Position numbers and translations under genes: made by a program | The notes under the pieces: generated by a model | Databases searched by the model: none | Seen by the model: only the letters and a program-made list of their open reading frames with translations | Told to the model about the DNA's origin: nothing | In this document: positions 37,471 through 47,109 of the stretch, piece after piece | How positions within the stretch are numbered: the first letter of the stretch is position 1 | Layout of the letters: every line of letters begins with the position of its first letter | Assembly (NCBI GenBank): GCA_949288955.1 | Contig: CASEMS010000002.1 | Span: 6,490 to 70,489, forward strand | Direction of reading: 5' to 3' | Source of the DNA: an uncultured Lentisphaeraceae bacterium | GTDB lineage: Bacteria; Verrucomicrobiota; Kiritimatiellia; RFP12; DVOR01 | DNA length: 64,000 nt

Positions 37471-39237
37471 TCAGGCGTTGACCGCCGCGTCGACCTTGGC
37501 GATGAGATCCTCCACGGAGATGCGCTCCTGGGCCATCGTGTCGCGGTCACGGAGGGTGACGGTGCCGTCCTTCTCCAGCGTGTCGAAGTCGACCGTGACG
37601 CAGAAGGGCGTGCCGATCTCGTCCTGACGGCGGTAGCGGCGGCCGATGGCGCCGGTCTCGTCCCAGAAGCAGTTCCAGCGCTTCCGCAGGCGGAGGTAGA
37701 TGTCGCGGGCGAGGGCGCGGAGCTCGGGGCGGTTCTTGACGAGCGGGAAGACGGCGACCTTCACGGGGGCGATGGCGGGGGCCAGGTGGAGCACGGTGCG
37801 GACGTCGGCCTTGCCCTTCTCGTCCACCAGGTGCTGCTCCTCGTAGGCGTTGCAGAGCATCGCCAGGGCCATGCGGTCGACGCCGGCGGAGGGCTCGATG
37901 ACGTGGGGGATGTACTTGCCCTCGAAGAGGCGGTCGAGGAAGGCGTTGGCGGCCTCGGCGGTCTTGCCGCGCCCCTGCCACTCGGCGACGACCTTGGCGC
38001 GGAAGGCGGCCTTCGCCTCCTCGGAGAGTTGCTTGACGGCGAGTTTGAGCGGCTCGTCGAAGACCTCCATGCTCTTGCCGGAGTGCTCCTGGTGGCGCGA
38101 GAGGTCAAAGTCGGAGCGGGCGGCGATGCCCTCCAGCTCCTGCGTGCCGAAGGGGAAGCGATACTCGATGTCCACGCAGGCGCGGGCATAGTGCGCCAGC
38201 TCGTCGGGCTGCTGCCAGTATTCCACGAAGGAGTCCTGCGGCAGGCCGTTGGCCACCAGCCACTGCTTGCGCTGCTCCACCCAATACTTGTGCCAACAGG
38301 CCCAGCCCCAGTCGGGCCGCGGCTCGGAGAGGTCGGTCTCCGGCGTGAGCGGCGCCACGTGGCCGCACAGCAGCTCCACCGCCTCGTCGGGCTTGATGAA
38401 GAACTCCAGCTCCATCTGCTCGAACTCGCGCGAGCGGAAGATGTAGTTGCGGGGGGTGACCTCGTTGCGGAAGGACTTGCCCACCTGCCCGATGCCGAAG
38501 GGCGGCGCCTGGCGGCTGGCGACCATCACGTTGGCGAAGTCCGCGAAGATGGCCTGCGCCGTCTCGGGGCGGAGGTAGGCCACGTTGTCGGGGTCGTCGA
38601 CGGGGCCGACGACGGTCTTGAACATCAGGTTGAAGGGGCGCGGCTCGGTCATCACGCCGCCGCAGTTCGGGCAGGGGAGGATCTCGCCCTCCGCCTCCGG
38701 GGGGGTGGCCAACAGGAGGAAGAGCGCCCGCACGTCCGCCACCGTCTTGAGGGCCTCGAAGATGGTTTCCAGATGCTCGGGGTGCTGCACGGTGTAGAGC
38801 CCCGGGGCGATGCCCTTGCCTTTGCCCTTGCACCAATTCGCCACCGCCCCGGCGTCCCCCACCAACGGGGCGAGGGCGGCCTTGATGGCGGAGTCCTCGA
38901 AGAGCTCCCACACCTGGTCGGAGCGCATCAGCTTGCGGCAGTTGCCCTTGCACATGCTCATGGGGTCGGAGAAGGTCTCAAGGTGGCCGGAAGCCTTCCA
39001 GATGGCCGGGTGCATGATGATGGAGGCGTCGAGGCCCTCCACGTCCTCGCGGTCGCGCACCATGAAGCGCCACCACCGCTCCTTGATGTTGCGCTTCAGC
39101 TCACACCCCAGCGGGCCGTAATCCCAGAACCCGGCGAACCCGCCGTAGACCTCCGAGCTTTGGAAGATGAACCCACGCCGCTTGCACAGCGAGACCAACG
39201 CATCCAACGAACTCTTCGGCGCTTCCTTCTTGTCCAT
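37471..39237 (-). CDS. glyS: glycine--tRNA ligase (class II, homodimeric GlyQS type)
   Basis: 588 aa from [10 protein letters not shown]; class II motifs, anticodon-binding C-terminal domain; the ORF track version carries a repeat-derived N-terminal extension. Confidence 0.9.
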   Translation of the reverse strand: MDKKEAPKSSLDALVSLCKRRGFIFQSSEVYGGFAGFWDYGPLGCELKRNIKERWWRFMVRDREDVEGLDASIIMHPAIWKASGHLETFSDPMSMCKGNCRKLMRSDQVWELFEDSAIKAALAPLVGDAGAVANWCKGKGKGIAPGLYTVQHPEHLETIFEALKTVADVRALFLLLATPPEAEGEILPCPNCGGVMTEPRPFNLMFKTVVGPVDDPDNVAYLRPETAQAIFADFANVMVASRQAPPFGIGQVGKSFRNEVTPRNYIFRSREFEQMELEFFIKPDEAVELLCGHVAPLTPETDLSEPRPDWGWACWHKYWVEQRKQWLVANGLPQDSFVEYWQQPDELAHYARACVDIEYRFPFGTQELEGIAARSDFDLSRHQEHSGKSMEVFDEPLKLAVKQLSEEAKAAFRAKVVAEWQGRGKTAEAANAFLDRLFEGKYIPHVIEPSAGVDRMALAMLCNAYEEQHLVDEKGKADVRTVLHLAPAIAPVKVAVFPLVKNRPELRALARDIYLRLRKRWNCFWDETGAIGRRYRRQDEIGTPFCVTVDFDTLEKDGTVTLRDRDTMAQERISVEDLIAKVDAAVNA

Positions 39238-39325
39238 GTCGCATTCCTTGTGAAAGTCGAAACGCGCATAGTATAGCACACGCCCCACGCCCTGACAGAC
39301 CCGGGCGGGCGAGTCCGGGGAGGTT

Positions 39326-39440
39326 CGGCGGCTCACCCAAGGAGGATCAGCCGCTGAGCCGAGGTGGATCAGCCGCTGAGTCAAAGTGGATCGGCCGCCG
39401 AGCCGAGGTGGATCAGCCGCTGAATCAAAGTGGATCGGCC
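39326..39440. repeat. 22-bp minisatellite family, ~5 units
   Basis: ggaggatcagccgctgagccgag gtggatcagccgctgagtcaaa gtggatcggccgccgagccgag gtggatcagccgctgaatcaaa gtggatcggcccc. Confidence 0.8.
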
Positions 39441-39527
39441 CCCGGCCGTCCGGGAGGGCGCGGGGCCTGCGGGTCCGGCCGGTTCCGACCGGGGTGCGCC
39501 GCCCATCTTCCGGCGCGCGAAAAAACG

Positions 39528-39536
39528 TGCTATAAT
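39528..39536 (+). promoter_or_regulatory. extended -10 promoter TGcTATAAT upstream of ruvB
   Basis: member of recurring GTGCTATAMT motif (also 45799, 52143, 54999). Confidence 0.45.
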
Positions 39537-39544
39537 GCGGAGGC

Positions 39545-40561
39545 ATGAGCACGGTGAGGCCATCGGATGAGATGAACCAACGGAACGCGTCCTTCGACAA
39601 TCGGCTGAGGCCGACGCGTTTCGCGGACTTTGTCGGCCAGCAAAAGGTGCGCGACCGCCTGATGTTGGCGGTGGAGGCCGCGTTGGGGCGCGGGGAGCAG
39701 CTCGACCACGTGCTCCTCTCCGGGCCGCCCGGGCTGGGCAAGACGACCCTCGCCTACATCCTGGGCGAGGCGATGGGCGTGCACGTGAAGGCCACGAGCG
39801 GCCCCGTCATCGACAAGCCCGCGGACCTGGCCGGCCTGCTGACCTCCTTGGAGCCCGGCGACATCGTCTTCATCGATGAGATCCACCGGATGCAGCGCAC
39901 GGTGGAGGAATATCTCTACTCGGCGATGGAGGACTTCGTCATCGACATCATGATCGACCAAGGGCCGAACGCGCGGAGCGTGCGCCTGGAGCTGCCGCGC
40001 TTCACGTTGGTGGGGGCGACGACGCGCATCGGCCTGATTTCCGCCCCCCTCCGTTCGCGCTTCGGCCTCCAAAACCGGCTGGATTACTACGCGCACGAGG
40101 AGCTGGCCGGCATCGTCACGAACAACGCCGCGAAGCTGGGCGTGGAGATCGACGCGCGGGGCGCGGCGGAGATCGCCGCGCGCAGCCGCGGCACCCCGCG
40201 CATCGCCAACAACCTCCTCCGCCGCGTGCGCGACTACGCCCAGGTGCGCGCGGGCAACCGCATCACCGGCGAGGTGGCCGACCAGGCCCTGGCACTCTTG
40301 GAGATCGACCCGCAGGGGTTGGACGAGATGGACATCCGCATCCTCGAAGCCATCGTGGCGAAGTTCGGCGGCGGCCCCGTGGGCGTGGGCACCATCGCCG
40401 TCGCCGTCGGCGAGGAGCCCGACACCGTCGAGGAGGTCTACGAGCCCTACCTCATCCAAGAAGGCTACATCGACCGCACGCCCAAGGGGCGCATCGCGTT
40501 GCCCAAAGCCTATGACCGCCTGGGGCTGAAGCCCGCGGCACGGCAGGACACACTCTTCTGA
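39545..40561 (+). CDS. ruvB: Holliday junction branch migration DNA helicase RuvB
   Basis: 338 aa; AAA+ Walker [10 protein letters not shown], Walker B DEIHR, sensor and winged-helix regions. Confidence 0.95.
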   Translation: MSTVRPSDEMNQRNASFDNRLRPTRFADFVGQQKVRDRLMLAVEAALGRGEQLDHVLLSGPPGLGKTTLAYILGEAMGVHVKATSGPVIDKPADLAGLLTSLEPGDIVFIDEIHRMQRTVEEYLYSAMEDFVIDIMIDQGPNARSVRLELPRFTLVGATTRIGLISAPLRSRFGLQNRLDYYAHEELAGIVTNNAAKLGVEIDARGAAEIAARSRGTPRIANNLLRRVRDYAQVRAGNRITGEVADQALALLEIDPQGLDEMDIRILEAIVAKFGGGPVGVGTIAVAVGEEPDTVEEVYEPYLIQEGYIDRTPKGRIALPKAYDRLGLKPAARQDTLF

Positions 40562-40571
40562 CGAGGCACGC

Positions 40572-41225
40572 ATGGCGGTCAACCTCTCCCATCCCCCCGA
40601 GCGGCCCGTGCGCGTCAAGCGCACCGAGCGCGTCCGCGGCCTGCGTTGGCGGAGCCAAGAGGAGCGGCGCGACGCCAAGCGGAAGATCGACGCCATCCGC
40701 CGCGACGCGGAGCGCCAACGCATCGAGGCCCTGCGCATCGACGTGCGCGCCTTCCACTCCCCCAAGGTGCTCCTGCTGATACTCGGCCTGATGGTGGTGG
40801 TCGGCGGCCTCCTCGCCCTCGTGGCGGGCAAACCGAAGCCCGAGCGGCCCGACGTGACGCCGCTCAACCAGACCCGCGCCCGCCGGAGCGTCAAGACCAT
40901 CGCCCTGGCGATGACCCTCCATCGCGTCCACACCGGCGCCTGGCCGCAACAGCGGCTGGGGCTCTTCGCCCTCGCCAAGGACTACGGCACGCCCGGCTGG
41001 AAGGGGCCCTACATCAACTGGGCCTACAAAGACCCCTGGGGCACGCACTACGTCTATCGGATGCCCGTCTCGCCCTTCGAGGCCCCCACCCTCTTTTCCT
41101 GCGGCCCCGACAAACTGCCCGACACCAACGACGACATCCGCGCCGTCCCCGAGGACTTCGTCTGCAAGGAGGGCGATTGGAGGCGGGCACCGACCGACGA
41201 CACCAAGGAGACACCGACGCCATGA
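40572..41225 (+). CDS. GspG-like pseudopilin-fold protein lacking a prepilin leader (N-terminal basic region + single TM)
   Basis: 217 aa; C-terminal motif DPWGTHYVYR as in T2SS GspG/type IV pilin globular domain; no G-F/M-T-L-x-E leader. Confidence 0.5.
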   Translation: MAVNLSHPPERPVRVKRTERVRGLRWRSQEERRDAKRKIDAIRRDAERQRIEALRIDVRAFHSPKVLLLILGLMVVVGGLLALVAGKPKPERPDVTPLNQTRARRSVKTIALAMTLHRVHTGAWPQQRLGLFALAKDYGTPGWKGPYINWAYKDPWGTHYVYRMPVSPFEAPTLFSCGPDKLPDTNDDIRAVPEDFVCKEGDWRRAPTDDTKETPTP

Positions 41226-44200
41226 ACCTCGTGAAGCGACTGTTGGCCAATCCCTACCTCTGGGGCGCGATCGCCCTCGCCACCCTGCTCCTCGGCCTCA
41301 CGCCCTGGGTCTACCCCGGCGAGGCGGCGACGCAAATGGCCCAATGGCTCGGCGTGTGGGAGACCGGCGCGGGCAACGCGCACCCGATGGCGCAGGGAGT
41401 CTTCCTCGGCATCGCGTGGATCGCCCCCTCGGTCGCGGCCTTCAACGTGGCCAACGCCCTCTTCGCGGCCCTCTGCGTGCTCTGCCTCTGCGCGCTCGTC
41501 CGTTGGCTGATCGTCCTGTTGACCCCCGAGCCCCGCACCGCGGCGCACCGGCTGACGGCCATCGCCGTCGGCGTGCCGCTGGCCGCGTTCGCGCTTCTCC
41601 TTTCCCCCGACTTCCTGCGCGCGGGCACGCACTTCCAATGGCAGCCCCTCGACCTCGCGCTGACCCTCGCCACGGCCGTCCACATCTGCGGGACGGCCTA
41701 CAACGGCCACCATCGGCGGATGTTCGTCGCGGCCTTCGCCATCGGCGTCATCGCCCTCTGCTCGCCGTGGCAGTTGCTGTTGGCGCCCCTCCTGACGGTC
41801 GCGCTGGGGCTGGGCTACTTCGCGGCGCACGACCGCGTGCGCATCCGCCCCTTCGTCACCTGCCTCCTCATCCCCCTGTTCCTGGGCATGGCGGTGGTGT
41901 CAGGCAGCGCGGTCTGCTTCGCGCTTGGCGCCGGCGCGTCGAGCGCCACCGGCGCGCTCAAGGTCTTTGTCCTCACGCAGGCGATCGGCACGCTCGAAGC
42001 GTTGCGCGGGCCGTGGCTGCTGATGGCGCTCTTCGGCGTCCTGCCGGGGCTTCTGGCGCCCTTCGTCCTCGGCGCGGTGGGCGCCAACCGCCGCACGCTG
42101 GCCGTGGTGGGCACCTACCTTTCGATGGCCGTGCTGGCGGCGGTAACCTTCCTGCCCCTCTCCGTCTCGCCGACGGCCCTCGCCGCCGAGTGGGGCGAGG
42201 CCTATCCCCTGCTCGCCGCCGCGCTCGTGGCCCTGGCCGTGGGCGTGACAGGCGGCGCGGGCGCGCTCCTCATCGCCGTGCGCACGCCCGCCGAGGGCGG
42301 CGCCGAACGCGGCGCGGTGCGCGCCTTGGGCCGCGCCGTGGCGTGGGTGGCCGTCCCCGGCACCGTGGTCTGCCTGGGCGTCGGCGCCTGGGGCGCCATC
42401 CAGGCCGTCCGCGCGGACGCCACCGCCGAGAATCTGCCCCGCGCCTACGCGGATGCCATCCTCGACCGTTGCCCCGAAGGCTGCTACCTCTTGGGCGACG
42501 GCGTGGCAGACCCCTACCTGGCCCTGCGTCTGGCCGAACGGCCCGGCGCCTTCCTGATTTCCCTGGCGGACGATTCCGAGCGCGGCCGAGACCGCATCCG
42601 CGACCATCTGAAGGCCGACCCCTACTTCGCGGACAAGCCGGAATTGCGCGACCGTCTGCGTCTCTCGCTCGACATCGGCCTCATCCCCTTCATCCAAGAC
42701 TGGCTCCGCGCGGACGAGGGCGCGTGCGCCCATTTCGCCACCCTCAGCCTGCCCGACCTCTGGTACACCGGCAACCGCCAACCCTTGCCCGACGGACTCC
42801 TTTACAGGGGCGCGCCGACGCGCGAGGCGCAAAGCGCGGCCCTCACGCCGCCCACCCATGTGGGCGACGTCCTGCCCGCGGCGGACGCCGAGATCCCGGA
42901 GAAAGCCGCCGCCAACGTCCGCGCCTTCGCGGGCTATGCGCGGCGGCAGGTCGGCTTCGTGGCCAACAACGTCGCCTTCTATCTCGCCGCGGACGACAAG
43001 AAGGACGCGGCCTACGACCTCTTCACCCAGGTCTACGCCTACGACCCCGACAACGTCTCCGCCCTCTTCAACATCTTCGAGCTCGTCAACGGCGGCCTCC
43101 ACCCCGAGAAGAAGGACTGGTGCGAGCAGGAGATGAACGCCCTCATCAAGCGCCTCGCCGGGCGTCGGATCCGCCTCTGGGCGCTCTCCCGCACCTACGG
43201 CTACATCCGCTCCCCGCAGCTCCTCAGCGCCATCGCCGGCAGCTGGGCCATGAGCGGGCAGACCGGTGCCGCCCTCTCCGGCATGGATCTGGCCATGGAG
43301 ATGCTCGGCGAAGGCCAGCAATCCGCACTCCAAAGCGCCGTCGCCGCCCTCTACGCCATGGCCCCCGGCCGCCGCGGCGAGGCCATCGCCCGCTACAAAG
43401 CCCTCCTCGCCCAATCCACCGACCCCGCCCAAAGCCTGGCCTACATCCGCGAGCTCATCCGCATGACCATCCTGGAGAACGACCTCGACGAGGCCCAAGC
43501 CCTCCTCGAACGCGCCGAGGCCGCCGGCGACCCCACCGCACTCGCCTACGAGCGCGCCCTCGTCCACGCCGCCGCCGGCGACCAAGCCAAGGCGTTGGAG
43601 TCCCTCAACCGTTTCCTCGACCGCTTCCCCAAAAACCTCGAGGCCAACGCCATGCTCGCCACCCTCCAGCTCCAGGCCGGCCAACTCGACGACCTCCGCA
43701 AACACACACGCCCCCGTCTGATCGCCGCCGCCGGCACCGAGGACAGCTACTTCGTCCAGATCATCGACGCCCAACTCGCCGAGCGCGAGGGCAACCTCCA
43801 GCGCGCCCGCGCCTGCTACCTCCGCGCGCTCACCCTCAAGCCCGAGGTCCAGGCCCTCCGCAACACCGTCCTGGCCCTCGACATCCGCCTCAACGACAAG
43901 GCCTCCGCCGCCCGCCACGCCCGCGACTTCCTCTACCAAGACCGCGCCCTCCCCCTCGCCAACTACGTCATGGGCTCCATCGCCCTCAGCGAGGGCGACC
44001 TCGACCGCGCCCTGGGCTACCTCACCTTCGCCACCAGCCCCGACGCCAACCCGCCCCTCCCCGAGGCCTTCAACGACCTCGCCGAGACCCACCGCCGCAT
44101 GGGCGACTGGGCCGCCGCCCTCGCCGCCGCGCAACGCGCCTGCGAACTGGCCCCCAAACTCCCCGTGGCCCACGAAACCGCCGCCGCCGCGCTCCTTGGC

Positions 44201-44464
44201 CTCAAGCGTTACGCCGAGGCCCACGCCGAGCTCGACACCGCCATCGACCTCGACCGCGAGCTCCGCCCCGGCCAACCCACCGACCCCCGCTTCTTCATCA
44301 CCCGCGCGCGCCTCCACGCCGCCGAGGGGCACCCCGACCTCGCGCGCGCCGCGCTCGCCGAGGCCCGCGCGCAATACGATATCCTGGACCCCGGAGCCAA
44401 GGCCGAGTTCGACGCGCTCGACGCGCAGCTCAAGGGAGAGGCGGCCCAAAATGGCGCGCTATGA
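41222..44464 (+). CDS. large polytopic membrane protein with C-terminal tetratricopeptide repeats
   Basis: 1080 aa; ~12 TM helices in first ~450 aa, then TPR-like helical repeats; ATGA overlap with upstream gene. Confidence 0.6.
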   Translation: MNLVKRLLANPYLWGAIALATLLLGLTPWVYPGEAATQMAQWLGVWETGAGNAHPMAQGVFLGIAWIAPSVAAFNVANALFAALCVLCLCALVRWLIVLLTPEPRTAAHRLTAIAVGVPLAAFALLLSPDFLRAGTHFQWQPLDLALTLATAVHICGTAYNGHHRRMFVAAFAIGVIALCSPWQLLLAPLLTVALGLGYFAAHDRVRIRPFVTCLLIPLFLGMAVVSGSAVCFALGAGASSATGALKVFVLTQAIGTLEALRGPWLLMALFGVLPGLLAPFVLGAVGANRRTLAVVGTYLSMAVLAAVTFLPLSVSPTALAAEWGEAYPLLAAALVALAVGVTGGAGALLIAVRTPAEGGAERGAVRALGRAVAWVAVPGTVVCLGVGAWGAIQAVRADATAENLPRAYADAILDRCPEGCYLLGDGVADPYLALRLAERPGAFLISLADDSERGRDRIRDHLKADPYFADKPELRDRLRLSLDIGLIPFIQDWLRADEGACAHFATLSLPDLWYTGNRQPLPDGLLYRGAPTREAQSAALTPPTHVGDVLPAADAEIPEKAAANVRAFAGYARRQVGFVANNVAFYLAADDKKDAAYDLFTQVYAYDPDNVSALFNIFELVNGGLHPEKKDWCEQEMNALIKRLAGRRIRLWALSRTYGYIRSPQLLSAIAGSWAMSGQTGAALSGMDLAMEMLGEGQQSALQSAVAALYAMAPGRRGEAIARYKALLAQSTDPAQSLAYIRELIRMTILENDLDEAQALLERAEAAGDPTALAYERALVHAAAGDQAKALESLNRFLDRFPKNLEANAMLATLQLQAGQLDDLRKHTRPRLIAAAGTEDSYFVQIIDAQLAEREGNLQRARACYLRALTLKPEVQALRNTVLALDIRLNDKASAARHARDFLYQDRALPLANYVMGSIALSEGDLDRALGYLTFATSPDANPPLPEAFNDLAETHRRMGDWAAALAAAQRACELAPKLPVAHETAAAALLGLKRYAEAHAELDTAIDLDRELRPGQPTDPRFFITRARLHAAEGHPDLARAALAEARAQYDILDPGAKAEFDALDAQLKGEAAQNGAL

Positions 44465-45806
44465 GCGCCGCAACGCCCTGATCCTCGGGGCGGGCCGAAG
44501 CGGGCGGGCCGCCGCGCGCCTCGCCTTGGAGACCGGCGGGCGCGCCTCCGTCGTCGACGAACGCTGGGCGCCCGACGCCCTCTCCGCCCTCGCCACCGAG
44601 GGCGTCTCCTGCCTCCATGCCGACCGCGCGCGCCTGCCCGACGGCGCCTACGACCTCGCCATCGTCTCCCCCTCCTTCCCGCCCGACCACCCGTGGGTCG
44701 TCGCCGCGCGCGACCGGGGCCTCTCCGTGATCTCCGAGCTGGAGTTCGGCGCCGCGCACTGGCGCGGCGACGCGATCGCCGTAACCGGAAGCAAAGGCAA
44801 AAGCTCCGTGGTCAAGTGCCTGGCCGACGCGCTGTGCGCCGCCGGCCGCCAGGCCGTCCCCGCCGGCAACTACGGCATCCCCCTCTCCGAGCGTGTGCTG
44901 GCCTGCCCCGACCGCGGCGCGGGCGTCATCGCCGTCACCGAGGTCTCCTCCTTCCAGCTAGAGCACACGCGCACCTTCGCGCCCCGCCTCGCCGCCATCC
45001 TCAACCTTCAGGCCGACCATCTCGACCGCCACGGCACCTTCGAGGCCTATGCCCGCCTCAAGCGGCGCATCTTCCAGGCCCAACGCCCCGAGGACGGCAC
45101 CCGCGCCTACCTGCCTTGGGGCCTCTCCCCCCTCGGCATCCGCGCCGACGTTCCCCTCGAACGCTTCGGGCGCGAGGCGTGGGTCGATTGGCGGCACGTC
45201 CCCGGCGCCATCCTCCACAAGGACCTGCGCATCCCCTTCTCCGGCTACTTCGACAACGCCGTCCTAGGCCCTGCCGCCGCCCTCATCGCCGCCATGCTCC
45301 ATGCCTGCGGGCTGACCGAGGGGCAGATCGCCGCCGGTCTCTCCGACTTCCAGCCCCTCCCCCACCGGATGCAGGCCATCGGCGAACGCGGCGGCGTCCG
45401 CTTCATCGACGACTCCAAAGGCACCTCCCTCGCCGCCACCCAGGCCGCCCTCCGCATGGTCGGCCGCAACGTGCGCCTCATCGCGGGCGGCCAGCTCAAG
45501 GAGACCGACCTCGACTTCCTGGACGAGGAGCTCGCCACCTGCGCCCGCAAGGCCTACCTCATCGGCCAGGCGCAGGAAGCCCTCCGCGATGCCTGGGCGG
45601 ACATCCTCCCCTGCCAGTGCTGCGGCGACATGGCCACCGCCGTCCGCGCCGCCTTCGCCGACGCCGCCCCCGGCGACACCATCCTCCTCTCCCCCGGCTG
45701 CGCCAGCTTCGACCAATATCCCGGCATGGCCGCCCGCGGCGACGACTTCCGTGCGCGCTTCCTGGCCCTCCCCACCCCTTCCGACGCCACGCCCCCTGTG
45801 CTATAA
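44451..45806 (+). CDS. murD: UDP-N-acetylmuramoylalanine--D-glutamate ligase
   Basis: 451 aa from MARYERRNALILGAG; Mur ligase P-loop GSKGKSS, DHLDRHG. Confidence 0.9.
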   Translation: MARYERRNALILGAGRSGRAAARLALETGGRASVVDERWAPDALSALATEGVSCLHADRARLPDGAYDLAIVSPSFPPDHPWVVAARDRGLSVISELEFGAAHWRGDAIAVTGSKGKSSVVKCLADALCAAGRQAVPAGNYGIPLSERVLACPDRGAGVIAVTEVSSFQLEHTRTFAPRLAAILNLQADHLDRHGTFEAYARLKRRIFQAQRPEDGTRAYLPWGLSPLGIRADVPLERFGREAWVDWRHVPGAILHKDLRIPFSGYFDNAVLGPAAALIAAMLHACGLTEGQIAAGLSDFQPLPHRMQAIGERGGVRFIDDSKGTSLAATQAALRMVGRNVRLIAGGQLKETDLDFLDEELATCARKAYLIGQAQEALRDAWADILPCQCCGDMATAVRAAFADAAPGDTILLSPGCASFDQYPGMAARGDDFRARFLALPTPSDATPPVL

Positions 45807-45807
45807 T
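45799..45807 (+). promoter_or_regulatory. extended -10 promoter TGcTATAAT overlapping murD stop codon
   Basis: followed by AGGAGG SD and ATG of the NERD gene. Confidence 0.45.
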
Positions 45808-45832
45808 AGCCTTCCCTAACACAGGAGGCCTC

Positions 45833-46702
45833 ATGAGCTGGTTTTGGATCTGCCTCATCGCGTTGGCAGCCCTCGCCGCCCTCGCGGCAGGCACGGCAAA
45901 GACGAAAAACAAGGCGCGTCGGCGGCGCGCCCCCGACGACGGCAAGCGCGCCGCCAAGGGCGCGATCGGCGAGGACGCCATCGTCCGCCTCCTCGAACGC
46001 GCCATCCCAGCCCCCAAACGCATCCTGCGCAACCTCTACCTCCCCAAACCCGACGGCTCGACCACCGAACTCGACGTCGTCATGATCCATGCCGCCGGGC
46101 TCTTCGTCTTCGAGAGCAAGAACTTCTCCGGGTGGGTCTTCGGCCACGCCGACGACCCCCACTGGACCCAATGCCTCCCCGGCCCGCGCGGGGAACCTGC
46201 CCAAAAAGAGCGCTTCTACAACCCCATCCGCCAGAACGACGCCCACCTTCGCCACCTCCGCGGCCTCCTCCCCCCGGACGTCCCCCCGCCCCCGCTCCGC
46301 TCCTTCATCGTCTTCTCCGACGGCTGCGCGCTCAAAGACGTTACACCCTTCGTCCCCGGCCATCTCGTAACCACCCTCGGCCACCTCGCCGCCGCCCTCC
46401 ACGCCACCCTCGCCATCTCCCCCGAGACGCTCCCCCCGCAAGCGATCGACCGCCTCGCCCAAATCCTGGGGCCCTACGCCCACCCCACCGACGCCCAGAA
46501 AGCCGCCCACGTCGCCACCCTCCAGGCGCCGGCCGCCACCCCCACCCAGTGCCCCCGCTGCGGCGCCCCGCTCGTCGCGCGCGTCGCCGCCAAGGGCGAC
46601 CACGCCGGCCAGACCTTCCTCGGCTGCTCCCGCTTCCCCAAATGCCACTACACCCACTTCCCCGACCCGCCGCCCCAAGAGGCCCCAGGCGCCAACGCCT
46701 GA
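45833..46702 (+). CDS. NERD domain protein with C-terminal topoisomerase-type C4 zinc finger
   Basis: 289 aa; N-terminal TM; NERD-like core; CPRCGAPLV...FLGCSRFPKC zinc ribbon. Confidence 0.6.
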   Translation: MSWFWICLIALAALAALAAGTAKTKNKARRRRAPDDGKRAAKGAIGEDAIVRLLERAIPAPKRILRNLYLPKPDGSTTELDVVMIHAAGLFVFESKNFSGWVFGHADDPHWTQCLPGPRGEPAQKERFYNPIRQNDAHLRHLRGLLPPDVPPPPLRSFIVFSDGCALKDVTPFVPGHLVTTLGHLAAALHATLAISPETLPPQAIDRLAQILGPYAHPTDAQKAAHVATLQAPAATPTQCPRCGAPLVARVAAKGDHAGQTFLGCSRFPKCHYTHFPDPPPQEAPGANA

Positions 46703-46738
46703 GCGACAGCCGCCGGATGCCCCCCGGGACGGCCGGGT

Positions 46739-46767
46739 TTGACAGGGGCGGCGCGATATGGTATCTT
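46739..46767 (+). promoter_or_regulatory. near-consensus sigma70 promoter TTGACA-17-TATCTT
   Basis: 43 nt upstream of a strong-SD small ORF. Confidence 0.55.
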
Positions 46768-46809
46768 GCGCGACATTTCGTATCCGCAACAGAGTTCGGA
46801 GGATTTGCA

Positions 46810-47013
46810 ATGGGAACTGGTCGTACACTCAATAAGAAGCCGGCGACGCGTCCGGTGAAGTCCGCGGGCGAGCGTCGCCGCCGCGACGCGGTGCAGCGCA
46901 AGCGCCTGGTGGCGTTGGGCCTGGATGAGGCCACGGTGGCGAAGCTGAACGCGGTGCAGATCCGCGATTACCTGCGCACGCCGGAGAAGACGCGCGCGGC
47001 GTTCGCGAAGTAA
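46810..47013 (+). CDS. small basic protein (67 aa) with possible SAP/Rho-N-like helix-hairpin motif
   Basis: GGAGGATTTGCA-ATG strong SD; Lys/Arg-rich; LDEATVAKLNAVQIRDYLRTPEK. Confidence 0.5.
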   Translation: MGTGRTLNKKPATRPVKSAGERRRRDAVQRKRLVALGLDEATVAKLNAVQIRDYLRTPEKTRAAFAK

Positions 47014-47109
47014 GCCACGGCGCGCCGGCGAGACGGCGCGCGGCAGAGACCGGGGGCACATCCGCGTGGCGGGTGTGCCTTTGGCATATCAGGGAGCGAG
47101 GAGGCGCGT

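Noticed and set aside
37471-39741. GlyRS N-terminal extension (168 aa) in the ORF track
   Set aside because: The extension is encoded by the minisatellite array (the LIHLGSAADPP peptides). The true start is [10 protein letters not shown] at 39237.
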